Part shown: one piece after another, positions 11,620 to 24,735 of the stretch
Numbering within the stretch: position 1 is the stretch's first letter
Layout of the letters: every line of letters starts with the position of its first letter
DNA from: Hamiltosporidium tvaerminnensis FI-OER-3-3
Taxonomy: Eukaryota; Fungi; Microsporidia
Length of the DNA: 64,000 bases
NCBI GenBank assembly: GCA_022605425.2
Contig: CM061254.1
Coordinates: 372,001-436,000 of the forward strand
Direction: 5' to 3'
Notes under the pieces: generated by a model
Databases searched by the model: none
What the model was told of the DNA's origin: nothing
What the model saw: the letters and a program-made list of their open reading frames with translations, nothing else
Translations under genes and position numbers: made by a program

Positions 11620-14600
11620 TTTATTAGATAAAACCCTGCTTAAATATCTCTCCACATATTTTTATATTTTCTTCTACCTTTTGTACGCCATCTTGCTCGA
11701 TACTTGCCTGGTTTAACTGGATGCTAGTTCTTTGTGAATTTCGAATCTCTTAATAACATCCATTGACGCTCTTTCCCAGCTCTCTTAGATTTGGTTCTGA
11801 AAAATTCGTATTCCTCGATCAAAGAAAATTATTTCGACCTTCTTCTTAAGATCCTCAACTGAATCCATAGCATTCGTTCACGGATATTTGCAGACTTTTT
11901 GGTGGTGAATTATATAATAGTGACAATATTTTTTGAGGCTATAACTTAAATGATTGTCGCAATAATAGACTTATATATAAGACATAGTTCATTGACTAAT
12001 AGGTCGTCTTATTGGATTTTTCAATTTCAACTATTCTAAGGGGAATTTTTGGGGGTACTTCATACTTAAATGGGTATTATCTCGTTCTTTCTCTTATCCA
12101 AAACAAATATATGAAGTCTGTTGGACCAATTATAAACTTCGGACTTATAATTCGCTCCATTCTTATGGGATAAACATTTCACGTATATCTTTAAACGAAT
12201 CTTCCCTATTTTGTTTTGGTGACTTAAATATATATTAATCAGAGAGTGTGCAGGTATTCAAACACCTCATTATCTCGTCTAGTGTAGTCTTAGCCGAGCA
12301 TTTTTTAACATCGAGTTTCAAATGATCAACCTAACACTATTTTTTATTAGTCCGACCGCATATAATTATGTCCACAAAATACATTTTTATCCTGGATATA
12401 GCAGAACACTGTTTTATCTCTAGGTTCTATGTTCCCTCTTTTGAGCCAACTGAAAAATTCGCTAGCAGATACAAGATTGGTTTTTCTTGAATTGTAGAAA
12501 CTTTGAATTAAGTTTTTCTTTTTCTATTTCTTTATAAGCTTTTACAGGTTGAGCTTCATCAAATTTTTCTTAATGACTTTTCTTTCCAACTCATACTTCA
12601 CTTTTATGAAGCTTTTTATATACGCGAAGTGGATTTCATCAGCATTCAGTATTTCCAGAATAGCACTCTTTGAGTTAATATTTCTTAACTATTTTCAAGA
12701 AAATCTAAATGTTAGCATAAGCATATGTTCGCTTTGCAACTCAACACCTTGAAGACTTCTACCGAGTTTTTTTAAAAGAAGGTATATACGCTTTTTTTGG
12801 CTTTGGCTAAGGTGAATCTTATTCTTTTCCAATACCGCAGGCTTTTCATCATCTAAATTAGAGAAGTCACCCTGTTCAAGCTGTGTTACTCTTCTGTGGT
12901 AGTTATAAACCATATCGCATGTTGATTAATTGCAGAAAATGAATTTTGGCGTTTAATCTGCCAACAAAATCTTTCAACCTTCAAATTAGTTTGATTTTAA
13001 CTTCATCAAATGAACTACATGTTGGATTACTTCTGATATCTACTATTATTCCTAAAGATTAATAAACACCAAATATTCTAGAAAGGCAGCAGTATCTTTT
13101 TAATACGCATCATTTGTGGCTGCTTCTTTGTGTTTATTTCCAATCCTATATTATTCCAGAATTTCTTCATTCCTCAGTCGTCTCTTCCAATATTTGTTCA
13201 TCTTGAGCAAAGAGCCTAAGATACGCAATGAAAATGAAAGGATTGGTTCTAATAGAATTAGAAGTGTTATGTATTGTATCTTTTGTGTATTGATCATTAA
13301 GCTTTCGGCTTAAATGATCTTTACACAGCACAAACAACAATAGCTACAAATTATCACACTGCAAATTCCCTCTCAATCTTCTGACTCATGATTTTTTCAG
13401 TCCCTAATGATACACAAATTTTTCATTTTTATATTTACCTTATAAATTTCAAGATTCAACAAGCTAATTAAGGCTTTCAATGCATTGCGTTAAATAACAA
13501 AGACCTATTGAATCGTAGGCTTTTTGACATCAATCCAAGTTGTTTAAAGATTGTTTCCGTGCTCTTTAATGAGAGCAATATCTTGCTGAGCCTGCTTCTT
13601 CGCTCACTTCCACGTCTCTTCCCGCTTCACATTGGTTTTAATTAAAAAGAGCTTGTCTCTCTAGTTCAAGGGTAACGACCTTCGTTACAAGTTTAGTGGT
13701 TAACTTATAGATGTTAAACATACAGGTAGTAGCCTATATACAAAGCCTCTTTGTGAATTTTCTTAAAACATCAAATACATAAGTCCTTAGTAAACGAAAC
13801 CGGAATTGGAAATAACCTCTAAATATATAACTTATACAAAATTATAAAGAGATTTTATAAAAGTGGTAAGATTCTTGATTGAAGAAATTATAATATAATT
13901 CAATTCCAGTAGCTTTTTGATTCAAAGCCAATTAACAATACAAAAAATTCATCAAGCCAAGGAAACATGATCTGATGATTATCTGATATGAAATGATTCA
14001 AGTAATCATCGTACCTGACTGTGAAATTATTTTTGTTTCGCATTGTAGATCAAATCCTCACAATTTCATCACAACTGACCGAATGCTCCTATTAAACATA
14101 CTCATATAAAATTCGATATATTCGACACCGAAAAGCTCAAGCATATAATTTTCTCTTTGTAATTTCTTCCTACTTTCATGCATCGTAATTTTTTTCTTGT
14201 AAACATTCAAAGACTCATTATTCTCAACCAAAGCAACAGAAAGATCAGTTACACTGCTAAATTTTTAATTAAACTCTCGCATGATTTTCCTAACGCTTTT
14301 CATTACCAAAGTTGAGAGCTTCTGGTGTTTACGAGCTTTCTAAAAATATCTTTGGAAAGTATTGACTACAAATTTTACTGTCTATATTTTCCTCAGATCG
14401 GATTTAGGCTCTCTTTTACGTGTGTCTCGTTTTAGCAATCCTGCACAGCCTGTATGATATTCGCAACATCTGTAATTGACTCGGATATATGAGTTAATAA
14501 TATAAACCTACTAGTCGATTCTTGAGATCCAGAATTTTACTATCAACAATTGATTTGGAACTTTTCGAATTCGGATCATACATTTCAAATTTCAATCTCC

Positions 14601-15226
14601 TGTACCTTTGATTCTGGTTAAATATTTATCTTTCAGGTTTATGCACTCAGTGGTGTCGGTTAGCGTGCATGTTTCAGCGAGAAAAGTGGCGATTTTACAT
14701 TGTTCTGCAGCTATTCTGATTTTACTTTTTATCTCACTCTGTCCCGATATTTTCAACACTTAGAGCGTTACAGATCAGCAGAGTTTTCATCTTAGTACCA
14801 GTGAACCTCTGTTCAGCCATTTCTTGGCATTCTTTCCAACCTTGTCTGTACTGCAAAAAAAATAAAGCCATTAACTAGGGTCGTCTGTAACGTAATCAAA
14901 TATCGCCCTCAACGCCACCAGTCTGTACCTTCAAAAATAGATAAAATACACTGTGTATTTTATGTCGTACGATGGCTCGCCTACGTCAATTCAACGAGAA
15001 GATAGGTGGTTTAATTGGTTAGTTCAGGGGACTAGCGACTATTTTGCAAGTTTGGCCTAATAATAGATCTTTTGGTTTTGGGTAAAACGAGGACGGTAAT
15101 AAATTCGGTGGTAGATGCTGCTAACATTTTGTATCAGTTTCTTACTTTCATTTACACCATTAGCCTTGTTGTTATCTTTTATTCTATTCCTTTTTATTTC
15201 TCTTTACTAACTTATTTTTAATCCAT
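11620..15226 (-). mobile_element. Degenerate full-length copy of the RLE-type non-LTR retrotransposon
   Basis: ORF 12695..12913 (LEQGDFSNLDD...KNKIHL...RIYL...LGRSLQGVELQSEHML) matches the intact copy; CCATTGACGCTCTTTCCCAGCTCTC (~11760) matches 41457; ATG-homologous start at 15226; 3' tail ...TAATAAAA near 11620. Confidence 0.9.
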
Positions 15227-15767
15227 GTTGTAAAAAATGATTAAAAAAGTTTTAAGAGTATTTTGAAACCCAAGATTTGCTCACTAAAAGCAAAAAATGT
15301 GTTTGAATTATTGAGAATAAAATAAGAGAAATCAAAAACATCTTTAAATACACATTTTCAGAATTTGAATTTCCCTGATTTACCAAAAGGAATTTTTATA
15401 AGGACAAGCTCGCACAAATAATTTAATTTTCAGAATATAGAGGTTATATCTGAATACCCAAGTCTGATCCATGGTTTTGTGTACCCTCCATATCTTTCGT
15501 AATTCGAGGTTTTTAGGGTATGCAAACAACTCAATTTAAGAAAATAATTAATATTTATGAAACTTGCAATAAAATAAGAAAACCAATCATTCAATTTTTT
15601 TTGAGAAAAATTTTGGTATTAAAACGATCTAAAAAAAACATAAAAATATAATTTCCAACTCAAATTAAAAATAATTTATTTTCTTTACATAGAAACTCAC
15701 ACTCCACATATAGAAACTATTTTTTTAATTTTTTATTTTCACATAAAAATCCAACCATTTAAACTTT

Positions 15768-18700
15768 TTAAATATCTTTTCCGATTTTACATCCAAAAAA
15801 AATGGCTTCCATAAATTCTTCAACTCCAACTTTTTTAATAAACCCCTTTTCAAATTCATTTGCTTGCCCTAAAAACTTCCCCACCACCTCTTTAATCAAT
15901 TTACCCTTCTTTACATTACCAGGTAATAATCTTACCTTAAATTTATTATTTCTTAAAGATTTCCAAGGCGCACAGTAAGGAAAACAATATTCTACATTTT
16001 CATCACCAAATAAAGATGTAACAAATATAAAATCATCGTATCTAATAATATTTCTATTCTGTATATTTTTAAATGTATTTTTATCAATTTCATCTCTTCC
16101 TTTGTTCTTCTTATTTTCTTCCATTTCATCTCCTTCTTTGATTTCTTTATTTTTTTTATTTTTTTTATTTTTTTTAATTTTTTTTTCGTTTTCTTTGATT
16201 TTCTCTGTAAAAATTATTTCTTCGTTTTTTAAATTATTTTTTAGTTTAAAATAAATTCCAACTCCCATTTCAAGTCTAAAAGTAGTGACATAATTTTTCT
16301 TTCCTCGTACAATAAAACCACCTTTAGTTACATACTCTCCACTTTCACAACTCTTACTGACTTGTTCTTCACTTACATAATAAACACCACCTATTACATT
16401 ATTTTCCCAACACTTGGACATACACAGTGTAAGATCTGCTGCTTGTGATATATCAATTTCTTCAGGTTTTTCTATAATTTGTTCGTTTGAAAAATCTTTT
16501 AATAAATAAGAATTATTCCCATCTTCTATATCTTCATTTAAAGGTTTTTTTGTTTCTTTAATTTCATTTGAATTATTTATTTTTTCCATTTCATTTTCAT
16601 TTGAATTATTTAATTCTTTATTTTTATTTTCATTTGAATTATTTATTTTTTCCATTTCATTTTCATTCAAATCATTTAATTCTTTATTTTTATTTTTCAT
16701 TGAATTATTTAATTCTTTATTTTTCATTGAATTATTTATTTTTTCCATTTCATTTGAATTATTTATTTTTTCCATTCTTTCTTTAAAATATTCAAATTCC
16801 TTATTTTCATTTATTTTTTCAAAGTCAAATTCTTTATTTAATTTTTCAAATTCAGTTTCTTTATTTTTATTTATTTTTTCGTTTTCAAAATCTATTTTGC
16901 AAATTTTAAAAATATTTTTAGGTATTTTAGATTTAAGTATAACACTGGCACTTCCTTGTATGTCGCCATGAAAATAAAAATCATTTTTTTCTAAATATTT
17001 TTTAACCAAAGTTTCATTTTGCGACGAGTTTTTGCCGCCAAGCACAAGAAAATGATTTTTTGTAAAGAAAAAATGAAATTTTCTAAACCAAAGCAACTTA
17101 CTTGGTTGTTGTACAGCAACCACCCTTTTCTTGTCCTTTTTTGTTGAAATATTTGTCTTCTCAAATCTTTTTGTCACTTTTTTTATCACAAATTCATACG
17201 AATTCTCACTTTTTTCTATTTTTTCTTTAATTTTTCTAATTTTATCATATTGATTGCTAATATTCTTCTGAAAGGAAACCAGAATGTCAAATGTAGCCGT
17301 ATAATCCACCAATTCGTTGTCTTCAATTATTTCTTCATTATAAGTTTCATCCGTATCATTCTTTATATTAATAATATTTTTATTTCTTATATTTTTATTT
17401 TCTATTTTTCTATTTTCTATTTTTTTATTTCTTATATTTTTAATTTCTATATTTGAATTTCTTACATTATCTTTTATATTTTTATTCTCAATTTTATTTT
17501 TATTCTCAATTTTATTTTTTATATTTCTACTTCCTTCCACTGTAAAAGTTACTTCTTTCTTTTTAAAATCTACACTTTTAATACATTTACTTACTTTATT
17601 ACCTTTCAAATCTTCTTCTTCTTTAAATCTTAGAAATTCATTCCAATCTATTTTATTCTCAATAACTCTGTTACACACAACAAGTGCTTCTTCAATAATA
17701 TTTTGATTTTCTAAAAATACATAAATCGTACAAAGAATGTTTTTATGCGTTTCTTTTAACAAATTTAATCTTTTATCATAATTTATTATTATTTTAGATA
17801 TTTTTGTATTTTCTTCTTTATTTTCTTCCTTATTTTCTCTATTTTTTATTGAGTTTGAAGACATTAAATTTTTACCTTCATTTTCTTCATTTTCTAATTT
17901 ACCTCCTTTTTCCAATTTTACCAACCTTTTCTAATTTTCCTAATTCTATATTTTGAGAGGGAAGTGTGTTTATAGAAAGATTTTTTAGTTTTTCTAAATT
18001 TTCTAATTCTTTAATTTTTATGTTTTTATTTAAAGAAACTTTAAAAAAACAATCAATTGCTGTGTTGTACGAATCAAAGGAAATATGTGGAAGTGTTGGT
18101 ATCAGAACAGGAAGAAAGGAGTCAGGTTTGTTGTTTTTTAAATAAATATATCCTTTATTCTTTAAAGAAGTAATTTTTTTAAGTAAATCTGTAAAAAAGG
18201 AAGTAAAAAATTTAGAATTGTTGAAGAAGGAAGGGGGACATGGATTTACAACTTTGTCACCGTTACTGTCAGTGAGAGGTGTGACATCTAATTCAATATT
18301 TTTACTTTCATTTTCTTTACTTTTATTGCACTTTTTAGATTCTATAATATTTTTATTTTCTATAATTTTATTATTCTCATCGGTTTTCTTAATATTCTCA
18401 TCGATTTTCTTAATTTTATTATTCTCATCAGTTTTCTTAATATTTTCATTTTCTATATTTATTTTATTCTCCTCAGATTGTTTATTTTCTAAATTATTAT
18501 TAGTTTCTCCGCTTTCACTATTTTTTAAAATATATTCGCTAAGAATTTTGTCAAAAGAAAGAAAATCCTTTTTTCCTAATCTTTTGTACATTTCATACGT
18601 GTATGTCATTGAAACATCATTAAATGAATATTTTTCTCCTCTTTTAACATTCATATCTCTAACAATCCGATAAAGAGCTATTATTGTATTTTCTGTGTCT

Positions 18701-19056
18701 AAAAGTAAAATATTTCCTTGTGAGAACATCTCAATTACAACAAATATAACACTTTTATTGTCGTAACACTCTATTATAATTACACGATCGTGTGTGTGTT
18801 GAACAACAGAACGTATCTTCTTACGTCTTAGGTGTTTACGTAGAACAACAGTAAAATGGTTAATTTCTTGGTCTCGCTCATCACTTAGATGTATTCTGGT
18901 GCCTGGTTGGATAAGAAGTATTTTTTTGGAGGAAAGTGAAATATAAAACGTTTTTGTTTTTGATGAGTGTACGTTTGTTATGTATTGGGTTGGAAGTGTT
19001 TCTGATAGTTCGTTTACTATGGTTGAAATGTCGAGAAATGTAAATTTTTGTTTCAT
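15768..19056 (-). CDS. NEMF: Ribosome quality-control factor NEMF/Rqc2 (Tae2), split by a single-base frameshift at ~17916-17919
   Basis: N-terminus MKQKFTFLDI, LRKHLRRKKI..V.Q...DRVI and EMFSQGNILLLD (NFACT-N); WFRKFHFFFT..LVLGGKNSSQNETLVKKYL..D.YFHGDIQGSASV and QVSKSCESGEYVTKGGFIVRGKKNY (NFACT-R); CAPWKSL..KFKVRLLPGNVKKGK (NFACT-C). ORFs 17899..19056 and 15768..17924 overlap and join if one A is removed. Confidence 0.92.
16560..16900 (-). repeat. Coding minisatellite (ENEMEKINNSN / KNKELNNS / EFEKLNK units) inside NEMF
   Basis: Repeated TTGAATTATTTATTTTTTCCATTTCATTT and TTTAATTCTTTATTTTT units on the plus strand; in frame in the NEMF ORF. Confidence 0.85.
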
Positions 19057-19099
19057 TTTTATATTTTAGAGGGGAAGTCTTTATTTCATTTTATTAATG

Positions 19100-19354
19100 T
19101 TTGATTTAAACACCCCTGGGAATTTACAGAGGTGAGGAGAAATATTTTTTAGTTTTTGAGTTGAAAAACTCTGGGAATTGATAGAGGTGAGGGAAAATAT
19201 TTTATTAGTTTTTGATTTAAACACCCTTGAGAATTATAGAAGTGAGGGAAAATATTTTTTTAGTTTTTGAGTTGAAAAACCCTGGGAATTGACAGAAGTG
19301 AGGAAATGATTTTATTAGTTTTTGATTTAAACAGCCTTTGACAGAAGTGAGGAA
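19100..19354. repeat. Tandem array of ~55-bp units with alternating A/B variants, upstream of NEMF
   Basis: Units alternate TTTGATTTAAACACCC... and TTTGAGTTGAAAAAC..., each followed by ...AGA(G/A)GTGAGG..AAATATTTT.TTAGTT; five units (A-B-A-B-A'), the last truncated. Confidence 0.9.
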
Positions 19355-19569
19355 TTTTGAATTTAAGAAAAGCATTTTTATTGTTTAGTGAATATTTAAA
19401 GGAAGTATAAATTTAATTATTTTAATTGGCTAGGGAAAACATAAGTCGGTATTTATTTTTGGTCATAAAAAAATATTTCTAAGAACTTTAGAAATTGGAA
19501 TTCAATTTAATTTCATTTTATAAATATTTTTTATCATTTATTGGAGATGTAATTATAAATAAAAACTAA

Positions 19570-20207
19570 AATTATGGCTGTTGCTTGTATTATATAAATT
19601 GTTTATTTGTGGTGTGGATATCAAATTTTGAATGTTTGGTGGGAATAAAGCTACACTACGTCTTCGGTTATTTTATGAACTTGTCTGAGAAGAAGAAGGT
19701 ATACGAAAGTTCGAACCTTTTCACACAAATTTATTTTGTAGTTTTTTATGTAACTAGATTGCAGACCGCTGCTGAACTTGTAGGTAATTGCTATGTAAAA
19801 GTATAGAAACTTAGCCTTTCTAATTCGAATTAGAAGAATTGTGGGCTGTAAGATACAGAAAAATTTTATTTTCAGAGTTGGGAATGTTAAATAGCAGGTT
19901 ATATTTGTTGGTATGACATCACAAAGGGTTAGTGAACTCCATGTATCCTCCGATATATATCTTAATATGGAATTCAAGGTTTGGAAAGTGTGGATTTAGT
20001 GGGAATGCTGCTTAACTTTGAGGGGGGGCCTATCAAGGGTTCGATCTAAAATCACACCCCATGGAACAGATATTAACGAATATCAGGAAAATTCCTCGCT
20101 CATTAATTGGATTCTATACGCCTTTTAAATTAGATGCTTTGGGTATCTTTGGGATTACTGGCGAAGTGTTTAGAGAGAAGTTTTCTACTTTAAACCCGGA
20201 ACAGCGT
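19570..20207 (-). repeat. Dispersed repeat, long form (B), copy 3
   Basis: Reverse complement aligns along its length with 9269-9926; head ACGCTGTTCCGGGTTT at 20207. Confidence 0.85.
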
Positions 20208-21048
20208 AAATCTCATGGTAAAAATACAGCTCGTTCTACTTTTTTTAAAATTAAGTTTTATTAATAGAATACGTATTATTTTTTATATTATTATTTGTAG
20301 TATTTAATAGTGTTCAAATATTTATTAATATTATTGGTACTTATATAATTTGTATTTCCATTGAAATAGACTTTGAAAAGGCATTTATATATTCAGAAAT
20401 TCAAATAAATATTCAATATTAAGAAAAAAATATTTGTTCTACAAATTCATAGCATATAAAAAAGTAAAAATATTATTTAAACTTAGAAATAATTGTTATA
20501 ACACGGATTTAAACAATTAAAATGGATTTTGTAAATAGTATTCATATTATATCACTTTTAAAATAATTATATTATACTTTTGGTTTACGTAGATAATAAA
20601 AATGCGTTAAATCAAACTTGTGTTGTATAAACATATTTTTATAACCAATTAAACATTTCGAGGTGAGTCGTCGTCGGGACATTACTAAATTATATAAACA
20701 TATACATTCTAATGTATATAATTGTATCTAAGATAATTAATCAAGGAAAGATTACATTTAAATATATTTTACTATCTAAAAATGACTGTTAGTAATATTA
20801 TAATTTAAAATCAGTAAATATTTCTTAAAAGAGTGATTAAGAAATAAGTTTATCGTCTTTAACAGATAAAAAATTTCTTAAAAAAAGAAAAAAATTCAAA
20901 TTAAAGTTTTTTTAAAATATGTAAATTCTATTTTTTATATTTATTCTGAAATTATAAGAAATAAATCTAATTTTAACCATTTTAAAATAAATTATCCGTT
21001 CTAAAATATATAAGTTTTTATATCAATTATTTAAACTAACGATAAACC

Positions 21049-21232
21049 AAATATTTTTATTGTCTAAGTAGCATATAATTTAATATTTATTGTCTAAGTA
21101 ACATATCATTTAATATTTTTATTATCTAAGTAGCATATCATTTAATATTTTTATTATCAATAACATAGATTTAATATTTTTATTGTCTAAGCAACATATC
21201 ATTTAATATTTTTATTATCAAAACATAAATTA
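21049..21232. repeat. Tandem array of ~30-bp units (about six) upstream of SerRS
   Basis: Repeated AATATTTTTATT(G/A)TCTAAGTA(G/A)CATATCATTT with variants. Confidence 0.9.
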
Positions 21233-21295
21233 AATTTTCAATTTGTTTCTTTTTCATTGAATTTTTTTATATTTTTTTTTATTCCCTCAAAGAAG

Positions 21296-22735
21296 ATGAT
21301 CGACATAAATTTAATAAGAAACGACGAAACTTTTGAAAAGGTAATAGAAAGTGAAAATAAACGATTTAAAGATTCTAATAAAGTAATTGAAATAAGAAAT
21401 TTAGACAAAGAACGTATTAAACAAAGATATAATTTAGATCAAATAAATAAAGAAATAAATATAAATAATACGAAAATTGCAGATTTAAAAAAGAAATCTA
21501 AAAATACAGAAATAAATAAAAAAATGAGTAATATTAAGATTGTTGATGGAGACAAAGACAATACAAAACTTAATAATGAAAAAGAAATAATTATTGAGGA
21601 TATAAATGGTAAGAATGAAGAAAGAAAGATGAACGAAGCAAAAATGGGTCAAGAAGATAATATTTTACTTGAAAACCTCAAAAATGAACAGGAAAAATTG
21701 AAAGAAGAAAAAAATAAAATAATTACTTTGGTAACTGAAATTGAACAGCAAATAAACAATCTTTTAAAGTCCATAGGAAATATTTTACATGAAGATGTTA
21801 TAGTTTCAAAGTCAGAAGAAGATAATCCTATAATTTTTACATTTCAAAGTGATCGTAAAGTAAAAGCTTCATTGTCTTATCCAGAAATATGTTCTAAAAT
21901 AATTGGTGCGGATACTATAAGAGGTTCTCGTATTTCTGGACACCGTGGATATTTTTTGATGGGAGAATTGGCTTATCTTTCGCTATCTCTAATAAATTAT
22001 GCTGTTGATTTTCTTAAAGAAAAAAATTTTTTGTTGATTCAGCCACCCGTTTTTCTCAATAAAGATGTGATGGCAAAAACAGTTCAGTTGAGTGATTTTG
22101 ATGAACAATTATACAAATTAGAAGAAGATTTATATCTTATTGCTACATCAGAGCAACCATTGACTGCATTTCATTACAATGAAAGATTAGATCCTTCTAC
22201 ACTACCTTTATATTACTGCGGGCAGAGTTTATGTTTCCGTAAAGAAGCAGGTGCACACGGAAAAGACAACCAAGGAATCTTTCGTGTACATCAGTTTGAA
22301 AAAATAGAACAATTTGTTATTTCTGAACCTTCACAGTCGATGAAAATATTTCATGAAATGGTAGAAAATTCAGTTCAATTTTACAAATCTTTAGATATTT
22401 CTCATCGAGTAGTTGGTATAGTTTCAGGGGAAATGAACGATGCTGCTTCTATTAAATATGATTTAGAAGCTTCTTTCCCAGGAAGTGACAGGTACAGAGA
22501 ACTTGTCAGTGTTTCTAATTGTACTGATTTTCAAAGTAGAGAACTTGAAGTAAGATTTGGTGTTGGTAAAGAAAATGCTAAGAAAGTTTATGTTCATATG
22601 CTTAATGGTACTCTCTGTGCAATACAGCGTACTTTATGTTGTATCTTGGAAAATTATCAAAGTGAAGATGGAGTGATTGTTCCTGAAGTTTTACGAAAAT
22701 ATTTTAAAAAAGATTTTATTCCGTATTTGAAATGA
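21296..22735 (+). CDS. SES1: Seryl-tRNA synthetase (cytosolic type, class II aaRS)
   Basis: MIDINLIR N-terminus, IGNILH, LIATSEQPL, motif 2 FRKEAGAHGKDNQGIFRVHQFEKIEQF, ELVSVSNCTDFQSR, motif 3 HMLNGTLCAIQRTLCCILEN. Start moved from the track's TTG (21257) to the ATG at 21296, after a TTCCCTC motif. N/K/E-rich insertion in the coiled-coil arm. Confidence 0.97.
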   Translation: MIDINLIRNDETFEKVIESENKRFKDSNKVIEIRNLDKERIKQRYNLDQINKEININNTKIADLKKKSKNTEINKKMSNIKIVDGDKDNTKLNNEKEIIIEDINGKNEERKMNEAKMGQEDNILLENLKNEQEKLKEEKNKIITLVTEIEQQINNLLKSIGNILHEDVIVSKSEEDNPIIFTFQSDRKVKASLSYPEICSKIIGADTIRGSRISGHRGYFLMGELAYLSLSLINYAVDFLKEKNFLLIQPPVFLNKDVMAKTVQLSDFDEQLYKLEEDLYLIATSEQPLTAFHYNERLDPSTLPLYYCGQSLCFRKEAGAHGKDNQGIFRVHQFEKIEQFVISEPSQSMKIFHEMVENSVQFYKSLDISHRVVGIVSGEMNDAASIKYDLEASFPGSDRYRELVSVSNCTDFQSRELEVRFGVGKENAKKVYVHMLNGTLCAIQRTLCCILENYQSEDGVIVPEVLRKYFKKDFIPYLK

Positions 22736-24425
22736 GAAATCTTACTTTAATAAAATTTCTTTTATTGAATATATTTAGCTCGTGTTTTAGATTAGAAAAA
22801 GATTATTTTTTCATCTTAAATTTTTATGAATTTACATATTTTTTTATATACATAAATTCTGACTTCGAATGATCTTTTTCATATTAAATTTTTATGAATT
22901 TTCAGATTTTTTTCTACAAAAATTCTGAAAAACTTATGCTTTAAATCTAATTTAAGATTTTCTTCTACATTTGTAAATATTATAATTTGTTATTATAAAC
23001 TCGGCTCTTTTTTATATTTATTGTCAGTTTACCCCTAGGAAAATAAGAAATCTATTATTTTTTGTCTTTACCCAAGTCACATTATTTCTAAGTTACTTGC
23101 ATTTCTTTAAGAGTCTATAAAGTATAGATTACTCATACATTTCAGCTACCTTTCCTCAACTATCGATACTTTTTACTGATCTCTTGGATATTATGTCACA
23201 AAAGAAGTTTTGTTCATTCAAACAATTTCGTTTATTTAAACATTTTGTTTACTATTGACTTAATGTGTGCCTCTACATTTTTGGATATTTGCAGTCTTTT
23301 AAGATAAATCTTATGATATTTTGTCACAATACCTTCCCAGGTTATCACATAAGGAATTATATAAACACCACATTGATAAATATCCTCAGGCTATTAGCAC
23401 TATGTAACTCTTATCAGTTTATATTATTTAAGGTAAATATCTGGAACATTTACCTACTTAAATATGTGATGTTTATTTTCACATATTCAAAAGAAATGTA
23501 CAGTTTTGTCTTAAGAATTTGAAAATTGGTCTTATTCAAGTGTCCACTCAAATTTCCCTATACTCTATTTTAAGAATTCTTAAAAAAGACTCGGGATTGA
23601 ATAATATTTATTTTTATTTTAATAATTCTTGTTCTTTAGAACGGGTAGCCATTTTTTCTATCAGAAACTTGATTTTGACATAGATTTCAAAGCTTATTTG
23701 AAGTTTCTTTGTTTAAATTGTTTTTGCATCAGTTATTAATCTCACTCATATACCATGATTGGCAATAATAAATGTTTTGTGGCGAAATAAGTTGGGTTTA
23801 GATATTATTTCAGAAGGAAAAAGAATTAACAACTATTTTAAAGATAGACAAAATACCAGTCTATAGTTTGAATAATAAACAACCGCTTATCCATTGAATA
23901 TTAAATCTATATAATTTTATAGTTTCAAAAGCTCTAATTATAGTTTATTTTGATTTCCAAAATCAGCAAGATTTACACAAAAAGTATTTTGAAATTGACT
24001 ATTGTTATCTATAAACGTCTAATTGATTATGCTTGTACTTTTAATCAACTCTATACATCTTTTGGCTGTTCAAGCTGACTATTTTGCATAAGGAAGAGGT
24101 ATAACGATAAATTTTTCAGTAACTAAATAAAAACAACCTAAATTGGAATATTTTATGTTTTTGGTTTGTTTTAAGATTATATTTAACGGAAGGGTGAAAT
24201 AGATCTCAAAGGTAATTTTAAAAGAAAATTATTTTGGAGTTCAGTCTACAGAAATAAAATAAATTTGTAGAAAGTAAAATAAAAAAGAAAGAGGAATTCT
24301 AAACAATATAAATCAGATATTCTCATCATTTAATAATTTTAACAAAAATTTTGAATAAATTTTTATTTTCCAAAATAATCCTATTATAAAAAAAGATATT
24401 TTGTTACGTATTAGACTTTTTTTAT

Positions 24426-24608
24426 CTCTCGGTGTCGAGGAGGAATAAATGGAGGTTTTCCATCTGTTGAACTCAAGCTTATAAGAAATCAGACTATGAT
24501 ACAGCGTTTTTTATATTCCACTACAATGGCAGTAATAATTTTCATACCGATTATAAACACTTATTACCAGACAGATGGTTTTTAATGAAGTTATTTTTCC
24601 ATCACTTG
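24426..24608 (+). repeat. Dispersed repeat, short form (C), copy 1
   Basis: Head CTCTCGGTGTCGAGGAGGAATAAATGGAGGTTTTCCATCTG; tail ATTTTCATACCGATTATAAACACTTAT...GTTTTTAATG shared with 47220-47416. Confidence 0.75.
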
Positions 24609-24735
24609 AAAAAAAGATACTATTAGGTATTTTTCATAACAATCTCGCTTTGTTTAATATATATTTGTTTGAATTCGAACAACTATTTTAGATTAAAAAA
24701 ATTAATATAAAAAATTGACTGTTTTAACGGTTGAT

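Noticed and set aside
16568-18673. Plus-strand Phe/Leu/Ile-rich ORFs (16568, 17250, 18218) that look like membrane proteins
   Set aside because: Antisense to the A-rich low-complexity repeats of NEMF.
19100-19354. Regularly spaced repeats resembling a CRISPR array
   Set aside because: Units are contiguous tandem copies with no unique spacers, there are no cas genes, and the context is eukaryotic.
21257-21295. Hydrophobic N-terminal extension (MNFFIFFFIP) on SerRS as a targeting peptide
   Set aside because: It starts at TTG in T-rich promoter DNA; the CCC-type motif and the conserved MIDIN start point to ATG 21296.
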